From the NCBI GenBank assembly GCA_030595715.1, contig JAUVCN010000003.1:1-32000 (forward strand): a stretch of DNA of 32,000 nucleotides. The letters are read 5' to 3'. The notes beneath the pieces were generated by a model that saw only the letters and a program-made list of their open reading frames with translations, did no database searches and was not told the DNA's origin. This document shows, piece by piece, positions 8,840 to 16,261 of this stretch (its first letter is position 1; each line of letters starts with the position of its first letter). Source of the DNA: Thermoplasmatales archaeon. GTDB taxonomy: Archaea; Thermoplasmatota; Penumbrarchaeia; Penumbrarchaeales; Penumbrarchaeaceae. The translations under genes were made by a program, and so were the position numbers.

Positions 8840-8921
8840 GATGAAAAGATAATAAATAGAAACTGGTTCGCTTTTCATCTCACCTCCCTAACTTTGGTAT
8901 CGTCAATTAATTGACAGTTAG
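8840..8921. repeat. Two further inverted repeats, each with a 22-nt spacer
   Basis: GATGAAAAG (8840..8848) pairs with CTTTTCATC (8871..8879). CTAACT (8888..8893) pairs with AGTTAG (8916..8921), enclosing the 14-nt perfect palindrome GTCAATTAATTGAC (8902..8915). Confidence 0.7.
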
Positions 8922-8926
8922 AGGGG

Positions 8927-8959
8927 TCCCAGTGCTCCCACCTATTGATCCTCATTATT
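8927..8959 (+). repeat. Direct repeat copy 3: tRNA-Trp 3' end plus flank (att-like)
   Basis: TCCCAGTGCTCCCACCTATTGATCCTCATTATT is identical to 8580..8612 at 32 of 33 positions. Confidence 0.8.
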
Positions 8960-8995
8960 CATAATCGAAAATATATTCATTTGATCTGTAATGGA

Positions 8996-9805
8996 TCAAA
9001 CATTGAACTTCTCGAGGAAATGAGAGATCCTCATGTTCGGTTTGCCAGGGTCCTGAGCCCTGATAACGATGTATTCGAGCTTCCCCCCATACTGCTCGGC
9101 AGTGGATTTATGCGATGAAATGATATGAGGGATATTCTTGTAATTGGACCATGTCTCGAACCTGTGTTTATGACCGAACAGAAGCAGCTCACAGTTCCCC
9201 CCGAGGACCTTCATGAGTGCATCTGCTCCCTTCAGTTTCAATCCTATGGTTCTCTGAAAAGGATGATGATGAAGGATCACGACCCTCATCTTGTTCACAG
9301 AGTGGATCTGAAGGGCCCTTAGCAGAGCGTTCCTCTGGACCTCGCTCACATATCCTTCAGCGGTGCCAACTTCATCATTGGGATCCCCGGTGTCAATACC
9401 AATGAACACGATATCGTTGTAATGCCAGATCCCTATCCCATCGATACCCTTTGGGTCCTGTTCGGGTCCAAGCCAGTTCCCTCTCTCCTCTTTCCATCCA
9501 TGAGGTGTTCCCAGATATTCTTTCCAGGTCCTATTGGCCTTTGGTTTTCCGATGATACCGAACCAGTTGTAATCATGATTTCCGGGAACGGGGAGGACTG
9601 GGTTGGTCTTTGACAGGTCCTTGAGTATCGACCTTGCCTTCCTGCACTGACATCTTGCACCGGAGTCTGTTATATCTCCGGAAATGATCACTGGAACTTT
9701 AGGGTAGAGCTTCGATATCTCCGCGACCAGCTTCTTTGCCATTCTGGTCTCCTTGAATCCACGTCCGATGTGCAGGTCACTCAGGTGTATCAGCATCTGT
9801 TCCAA
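8996..9805 (-). CDS. Calcineurin-like metallophosphoesterase
   Basis: 269-aa ORF with the full ordered motif set: HLSDLHIG (DxH), ISGDITDSG (GDxxD), PGNHD (GNHD/E), ILHHHP (H), FGHKH (GH). No signal peptide. Confidence 0.85.
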   Translation of the reverse strand: MEQMLIHLSDLHIGRGFKETRMAKKLVAEISKLYPKVPVIISGDITDSGARCQCRKARSILKDLSKTNPVLPVPGNHDYNWFGIIGKPKANRTWKEYLGTPHGWKEERGNWLGPEQDPKGIDGIGIWHYNDIVFIGIDTGDPNDEVGTAEGYVSEVQRNALLRALQIHSVNKMRVVILHHHPFQRTIGLKLKGADALMKVLGGNCELLLFGHKHRFETWSNYKNIPHIISSHKSTAEQYGGKLEYIVIRAQDPGKPNMRISHFLEKFNV

Positions 9806-9995
9806 GCTATCATCTCCTTTCTAACTTTTATCCCACACTCTTTTCCCAATTGTCACTTTTAACCCAGGGGCTCAATTCGTATTGTAAGAATATATATGTT
9901 CTTATCGATCTTCCCTTGTCGATCAATTGAACAGCTGAATTTTCTTGATATTATTACAAACTATTTCCACTGTCCTGTTGTCTTCTTTTACATTA

Positions 9996-12900
9996 TTAGT
10001 CCAACCAATCATCATCGGTATCATCCTGTGGTCCATCCCTAAGTCCGATCACCAATTCATTCTCCTTTCTGGATCTAATGATCATGTAAAGTACAACAAT
10101 GACAACCAATGTCCCGATCAAGGAGGCCAGTAACACCATCCAGGTGATATCATCGTCCTTATCTTCAGGTATCGGATCTCTACCACTACCGCCTCCTCCG
10201 TCGCCATCGTCATCAGGATCGAATACTATGATCGAAACCGAGGTGCTTACATTTTGGCCGGGGATACCATCATCAACTGTGAGAGTGATCTTATGATGTC
10301 CTACCGGCAAATATGTTATGACCTTTCCCCCTGAGATAATATATCCTGTAATATTTGACCACCATGTGATACTGAGTTCTTTATTCTCATCGGGATCATA
10401 TGTTGTACCTGTAGAATCCAGCAGGATCGGGGAGTACATCGAGAATTCCGACCCGTTCTCAGGAGATAGAATGAACGGGACAGGGGGGAGGTCGAAAATT
10501 GCAATTGAAATAGAGATCAAATGCTCCATTGAAGTGCCAATGTTTCCTACAATATCAAAAGCTCTTAACTGGAGATAATAGCTCCCCTCTGCCAGCAATA
10601 GACTTCCATTTACAATGATATCATGACCATCGGTTCCCGAACCAAAATCACTCCAATCCGACCAATCATTGTTTCCCTCTTTGATCTTTATTTCAACGGA
10701 ATCCCCGTCGACACCAGAACCACCCATGTCCTTTATTCTCGCTGAGATCATGAAAGGACCGTCTGGTGGCAAAAAGAGATCCGGACCACCCATAACTTCG
10801 ATCTCCGGCCCATCAATATCCACATTCAAGCGAAATAGGTTGGAAATTGAAGGATTTCCAATGATATCTGATGCCTCGAACTGAATATCGCCTTTCCAAT
10901 CAGGATGAAGTATGGGATAGCAAACAGTTGTCACTTTATTGTCCAATTTGACATTGTCCGTGGGAATTGTCCAATCACCAATGTTTCCAAATCGATCGAT
11001 CAGACGATAATGAACAGACCCCGGATCCACACCGGCACCAACACCCAGATCTGTTGCCCTATCCATGATATCAACTACCACCCTGGGAACAAGAGAAGTT
11101 GTCCATTCTGGTACCTGGATCGGATAAAAAACCGGACCTTCAGTATCCATTCTACCAAAATTATTGATCACATCCGAGGACCGTCCAACCCAATCTACAA
11201 GTCTGGCGTTGATCTCGATCCTTTCAAGGGATGTGTCGAGATCAAATATCGACTCATTTGTTGGATAGAAAAGATGGTTCTCATCAATTGTTGTGAACCT
11301 GCCATCATCCGACCATTGAAGATCAATACCTGATAGAGGAAATGGATTTGTGGGTTCATGGAAAAAGTAGTGGACAACTATGCTGTGATATGTATCAGGT
11401 TCGAGATCCAATTCTGATGATGTGGGGCCTCCTTCGATCGATGTCCATGGAATGATCTCCTGGCCGTCCAGTTCAAGTCTTGCAATGCTCTTCCCGGTTA
11501 GTTTGAATGAGATAGGATAATCCCATGGATTTCTTATCCAACCGTGCCATCTGATCGAAAAATCATTGCTTGGTACGTTTTTATCATATGGACCAAAACC
11601 ATCATTCCAATTGAAATCAATACAGGGATCGATCATCTCTTCTCCGATAACCTTGAAATCACTCCTTTGCCAGTATGTTCCGAAAAGGCCGCCCTGTGCC
11701 ATAACGGGATGGAATCCTCCTTCATTGATCTCCATCTCGATACTGTGGACTCCCGATCCTTCCGGATCCATGTCCTCAGAAATGGTTGCATTAATGGCAA
11801 TGATCGTTCCTTCACCGGAAATTATATTTCCAGATCCCAGGGACCCTTGTTTGAACGTTACATCATTTGGAGGTAATGGTTTTTCCTTATCAACCCTGAT
11901 CTCTATCTTTTCAGCTCCATGGAATCCAGGCAGGAAACCTGCCGGATAAGCAGGTGGGAAAACACTTTCATTGAGCGATGGAGTTAGAATTATTTCTCCT
12001 GTTTCCAGGTCCAGAGCATCAAAGAAAAGATCCTCATCATCGGAAAAGATGTTATCGATAGATCCGCCGGATGAGGAGATCACTCCTATTCCGATATCCC
12101 CTGGTTGGATCTTGATCTCGGGATATTTCAGGTGAACAAGGTTCAAATTTGTGATCATCAGGTCTGCATTCCCCGAACACCAGTCCCACCTATGTCTGAT
12201 CTCTTCATCAATTCCCTCTATCTTCCAATTAGATCCCAAAAGGACATCTTTCTCAACATTTGATATTTCATTGAAAACAGATGTGATGGAATTTCCTTCT
12301 GAATCGATCAACTCAACTATGATGTCGAGGGGTCCCTTTATAGGAATGTCCCAACCAATATTCAGGTCTATCATGCTCCAACCAATATTGGCTGTTCCAC
12401 CAAGAAAACTGTCGATAACTTCAATGGAACCACGATCATCTCCATCGATCCGAGCAGATGAGGGATCGATCGAAATATTGATCATTGAACCATCCGGATC
12501 CAAAGAGAGAATGACCTCCTTCACTTCACCCCAACCCTTCGTATGTGTGTAGGAGAGGTTCATACGCAACGGACCCGATCCAGGCAAGATACATCCATCA
12601 TGGAAACCTTCACCTGACAGTATTAAATCGTTCACTCTGAGGTTCTGTCCCATTATCACATAGACCTCGCCGCATTCGGGTCTGAAATTATCTGTACCAT
12701 CTCCCCCTGGTACGGATATCATCAGATCGTATACACCATCACCGTTCACATCTCCGGTTTCAAGTTGCCATCCCGTGGAATCACTTGGATCTGTCCCCTC
12801 AACCGTGAAAACCTTTGATGGGTAGTCCAATTTCACCAATTTACCATTTGATGGAAATGCGTCAGCGGTCTCATGAACAGTGACTACTCCTGCACTCCGA

Positions 12901-14198
12901 ACCACGGGCAAACCATTGCCCCCCATGTGCTTTCCCGCAGCAGATACAATGAGCTCCTGTTCCGAATCTCCATCGATATCTGCGATCTCGAACATCCTAC
13001 CCAGTCTGTCTCCCGAATAATCAGGATCTCCCGACACTCTTCCGGTTGCTCCGTAGATGACCAGGTCCGCCCCTGCATTCGATTCCATGGTAGATGGAAA
13101 GGATTCCGGAATATCCCCATAGAACACATGAAGAGCTCCACAATCATACTCCATGTTCAATGGATCATCAGATCCTGGGGAGCCTGCAATAATATCGTCC
13201 TTCCCATCCTGATCAATATCGATCACCTGAATGGAAAATCCCAGGTAATCTCTCTCCGAACTTCCCCTGATCCAGCATCTTGCAGCATCTCTAGGATCAA
13301 TTGTCGATTCATTCTTGAGTGAAGATGCATTGAATATAAGAAAGACCGATCCGGTGAGGTCAATATCCCTCCCATCATCGTCCCAGTTGTTCGCTCCGAT
13401 GATCAGGTCCGTATTGCCATCACCGTCTATGTCACCGGTTTCGATGGCCGAGCCCAGCATCTTGAAATCGTTTTGTGTGATGGTGGTTTCTTCACCTGTA
13501 CCCCATTGAATATTCACACTGTGAGGGGGTGGACTCGGAATTATTGGATCATTGAAGAAATATCCGGATATCACCTCAACCAAACCGTCCTTATCCAGAT
13601 CCTCAATGATCAAATGGTCGTCATATTGGTAATTGTTCGGAAACTCGGGTCCGCCTCCCAGGAAACTCCGATAAGGGTTCAAGGAATCTCCATCTCTCAT
13701 GTAAATCCTTCCTGAACCTTTGTATCTGGCCATTGCCATGTCCAGGTCACCATCACCATCGATATCCCCCACATCGAATGATGTTGTACCGTATATCGGG
13801 TAAGAATGATCAGGATCTGCCGAAGATAGGTCGATCGATCCATTTATGTGGGATTCCCCTCCTGAGAATGCGATCATTCCCGCATTTCCGGGTAGAAGAC
13901 CGTAAGGAAACACAATGTCATCATATCCATCACCATTGATATCCTTCAGATCCAAAAGAGAGCCGAATCCCGACTGGTCCCCTCCGTTATAAATCCCTGT
14001 AAAACTAATATCTGCTACATCTTCAAGTATCTGGATCCCTGAATTCGAGGTTTCAGCATTTACCTCATACTCATTGATCGGAATGGGAATGTCAATTAAA
14101 GGCAGGGTCAAATGTAATACTAGCAGCAATGCGATACCAGTTATGATTACTGATTTCTTCGGAATGGGCCCCCCTCCGAATATTACATATCCATTCAA
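9996..14198 (-). CDS. Giant surface protein: FG-GAP/VCBS (integrin-alpha-like) repeats, PA14 domain, Ig/PKD-like repeats, C-terminal TM anchor
   Basis: 1400-aa ORF with a signal anchor (VIITGIALLLVLHLTL). There are at least 7 Ca-binding FG-GAP cores (DINGDGYDDIV, DIDGDGDLDMA, DLDKDGLVEVI, DIDGDGNTDLI, DIDQDGKDDII, DIDGDSEQELI, DVNGDGVYDLM; approx. 12640..14020). A PA14-like segment is GLFGTYWQRSDFKVIGEEMIDPCIDFNWNDG...FSIRWHGWI...LELDGQEI (approx. 11400..11700). A PKD-like unit is HKITLTVDDGIPGQNVS. The TM helix is WMVLLASLIGTLVVIVVLYMII, followed by an acidic tail. Confidence 0.85.
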   Translation of the reverse strand: MNGYVIFGGGPIPKKSVIITGIALLLVLHLTLPLIDIPIPINEYEVNAETSNSGIQILEDVADISFTGIYNGGDQSGFGSLLDLKDINGDGYDDIVFPYGLLPGNAGMIAFSGGESHINGSIDLSSADPDHSYPIYGTTSFDVGDIDGDGDLDMAMARYKGSGRIYMRDGDSLNPYRSFLGGGPEFPNNYQYDDHLIIEDLDKDGLVEVISGYFFNDPIIPSPPPHSVNIQWGTGEETTITQNDFKMLGSAIETGDIDGDGNTDLIIGANNWDDDGRDIDLTGSVFLIFNASSLKNESTIDPRDAARCWIRGSSERDYLGFSIQVIDIDQDGKDDIIAGSPGSDDPLNMEYDCGALHVFYGDIPESFPSTMESNAGADLVIYGATGRVSGDPDYSGDRLGRMFEIADIDGDSEQELIVSAAGKHMGGNGLPVVRSAGVVTVHETADAFPSNGKLVKLDYPSKVFTVEGTDPSDSTGWQLETGDVNGDGVYDLMISVPGGDGTDNFRPECGEVYVIMGQNLRVNDLILSGEGFHDGCILPGSGPLRMNLSYTHTKGWGEVKEVILSLDPDGSMINISIDPSSARIDGDDRGSIEVIDSFLGGTANIGWSMIDLNIGWDIPIKGPLDIIVELIDSEGNSITSVFNEISNVEKDVLLGSNWKIEGIDEEIRHRWDWCSGNADLMITNLNLVHLKYPEIKIQPGDIGIGVISSSGGSIDNIFSDDEDLFFDALDLETGEIILTPSLNESVFPPAYPAGFLPGFHGAEKIEIRVDKEKPLPPNDVTFKQGSLGSGNIISGEGTIIAINATISEDMDPEGSGVHSIEMEINEGGFHPVMAQGGLFGTYWQRSDFKVIGEEMIDPCIDFNWNDGFGPYDKNVPSNDFSIRWHGWIRNPWDYPISFKLTGKSIARLELDGQEIIPWTSIEGGPTSSELDLEPDTYHSIVVHYFFHEPTNPFPLSGIDLQWSDDGRFTTIDENHLFYPTNESIFDLDTSLERIEINARLVDWVGRSSDVINNFGRMDTEGPVFYPIQVPEWTTSLVPRVVVDIMDRATDLGVGAGVDPGSVHYRLIDRFGNIGDWTIPTDNVKLDNKVTTVCYPILHPDWKGDIQFEASDIIGNPSISNLFRLNVDIDGPEIEVMGGPDLFLPPDGPFMISARIKDMGGSGVDGDSVEIKIKEGNNDWSDWSDFGSGTDGHDIIVNGSLLLAEGSYYLQLRAFDIVGNIGTSMEHLISISIAIFDLPPVPFILSPENGSEFSMYSPILLDSTGTTYDPDENKELSITWWSNITGYIISGGKVITYLPVGHHKITLTVDDGIPGQNVSTSVSIIVFDPDDDGDGGGGSGRDPIPEDKDDDITWMVLLASLIGTLVVIVVLYMIIRSRKENELVIGLRDGPQDDTDDDWLD

Positions 14199-14516
14199 AG
14201 AATTCGCTTCGCTACCGAGATATACTTATCGGTTCAGACCTGAATTCAAATTGAATATTCACTGGTTTGTATGAAATTCATATTATTCAAGGGGGAACAC
14301 ATTAAAAATAAACCTTCCACAATGATTTCCTTGCACTCGATCTCAAGGTCTATCATTCACCGGTTACAATCTCGATATCAGTGGTATTTTCCAGCTTTAA
14401 CTCGGTCCAAGGATCATAAGCTGAGAAAGACCCGAGCTCATATCTTATGACCAGTTACTACTTGAGGAAAATGACCTGTTTCATCGACGATATGAACGAG
14501 CGGCAACCTTGTTGAA

Positions 14517-16238
14517 TTAGTTCTTCTTGCGATAGATGCCGTAACCACCGGTCCTCAATATCAAAGGAACATTTCTAACGGCTTCACGATCATATTCCCT
14601 GATCTGTTCTGAAAGGTCCTCCCATGGAACAAGGTATGGGCTTTCCAACCTATCTCGATCCTTCCCGAGGACCCAGCCATTGAGATATTTCTCGGCATTC
14701 CACCTGAAATGTTCCATTTTTGCAAGGAATTCCACCTCATCATCCTTGAATCTCTTCAGGGCTTTATTGGAGATGCCTTTTTTCTTGAATGCTCCGATCG
14801 CCCGGACCTTTACGCTGATATGATCGGCTTGCTGGCGGTTCGATTCCTTGAATATCTCCGGTAGACGTTCCCATGGATTGTGGCTAACTTTGTTATTGTC
14901 AAGGGTCTTCTCCTTGATCCTTGCCCTGATGAACTTTTCATGGATCCATTTGGCAACCCTGTCCATCTCCCCACCAATTATTACCGATTCCGTGCAGATC
15001 CTTTCCAATGTCTTGAAAACGTACAATCTGGCATTCCTCTCGGTATTTTCAAGCTCGGATTGCAGAATGGATGCAAAGTCAACCTTTTCATTGATACTGA
15101 TTATCACGGGAACCTTTTCCATGATCGCCCTGGTATTGAGATGATATCCTGTTGTAACGTTCTTGATATCATCCTCGAACGAGAGGAAGACCGTACTGGG
15201 AACCGATCTGAGAGAGGACTCCACCTTCCTCCAGTTGAACAATCCTGAATTATCCATATCGATCTCGATGAACTCCAACTCGATATTGTCAATATTCTTT
15301 ACCTCTGGGAACCTGTCATGGAAGATCGTTCCCTTCGTCTTCGCCTTTTCATCGATCACGGTGATCTGGAGCTTTCTTCCATCAGGGTAATGTCCAATTT
15401 TCAATGCCTGGATGACAACGCTCTCACCGAGGCTGTCAAAACCGAATACCAGAATATGACAGGGTTTGCCCTTCTCTTTCGGTAAATATGCATCCGGAGG
15501 GTGTTTTTCGAACAATCTCCTGGCGCTGTATTCGAAGATATTGAAATACTTTACAGATGATCCGCTTGTATCAAGTGATCTGTGGCAGCTCTTTTCGATC
15601 ATATCACAGAATTTCTTGTTGGATAGATGTATGTAACTTTTCACATTGCTTCTCCTTTTTGACGCTTTGACCACTTTATCACAATTGACCGCGATCTCGG
15701 TGTTGGTGATATCATTGTCAGAAACTCCCAGCAGATATTTTGCTTTGAGTACACCTGCTTTATACAGAGTTTCGGATTCGGTAGCATCTCCAATGATCAC
15801 ATAGATACCCTTGGCTTTGCAGGAATTGAGCAGAATATTGCCGGGATCCTTCTCTATTACAACGATCCTGTTCCTTTTCTTGAAATCCAGGGCCATGAGA
15901 TATCCTTTATGGCTCAAGCCGCAAATGATCACATGACCCTTCCAGGATCTGATCTTTATCAGGTTGATCTTCTCGCTGAAAACATTCATCAGGGTAACAA
16001 AGACGATGTACCATGTCATGAGGGGCAGGATGAACCTTGCTGCCTGGAGCTCCCATGGAATATCTCCATCTGTTTGAACATTGATGAGAAACAGCCTCAT
16101 AGTGTAATAGAATATATCAAAGACCGTTTTTGTTTCCGAATAAAGAATGTAATAGCCCCTAAAACCCAAAATGAAGCCAGCCATGGCGATCGAGAAGATC
16201 AGCAGCCATTTGTTCTCCTTTATCCACCTGAAGATCAT
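14517..16238 (-). CDS. Membrane protein: 2 TM helices + two TrkA-N/RCK-like Rossmann domains + two C-terminal RyR (ryanodine-receptor) repeats
   Basis: 573-aa ORF. TM1 is WLLIFSIAMAGFILGFRGYYIL and TM2 is AARFILPLMTWYIVFVTLMNVF. Rossmann 1 is HVIICGLSHKGYLMALDFKKRNRIVVIEKD. Rossmann 2 is HILVFGFDSLGESVVIQAL...ITVIDEK. The RyR-like repeats are at 14793..14969 (VAKWIHEKF...NPWERLPEIFKESNRQQADHI) and 14553..14741 (FLAKMEHFRWNAEKYLNGWVLGKDRDRLESPYLVPWEDLSEQIREYDREAVRNVPLIL). Confidence 0.85.
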   Translation of the reverse strand: MIFRWIKENKWLLIFSIAMAGFILGFRGYYILYSETKTVFDIFYYTMRLFLINVQTDGDIPWELQAARFILPLMTWYIVFVTLMNVFSEKINLIKIRSWKGHVIICGLSHKGYLMALDFKKRNRIVVIEKDPGNILLNSCKAKGIYVIIGDATESETLYKAGVLKAKYLLGVSDNDITNTEIAVNCDKVVKASKRRSNVKSYIHLSNKKFCDMIEKSCHRSLDTSGSSVKYFNIFEYSARRLFEKHPPDAYLPKEKGKPCHILVFGFDSLGESVVIQALKIGHYPDGRKLQITVIDEKAKTKGTIFHDRFPEVKNIDNIELEFIEIDMDNSGLFNWRKVESSLRSVPSTVFLSFEDDIKNVTTGYHLNTRAIMEKVPVIISINEKVDFASILQSELENTERNARLYVFKTLERICTESVIIGGEMDRVAKWIHEKFIRARIKEKTLDNNKVSHNPWERLPEIFKESNRQQADHISVKVRAIGAFKKKGISNKALKRFKDDEVEFLAKMEHFRWNAEKYLNGWVLGKDRDRLESPYLVPWEDLSEQIREYDREAVRNVPLILRTGGYGIYRKKN

Positions 16239-16261
16239 TGAAATACATCTCCATGGTTCAA

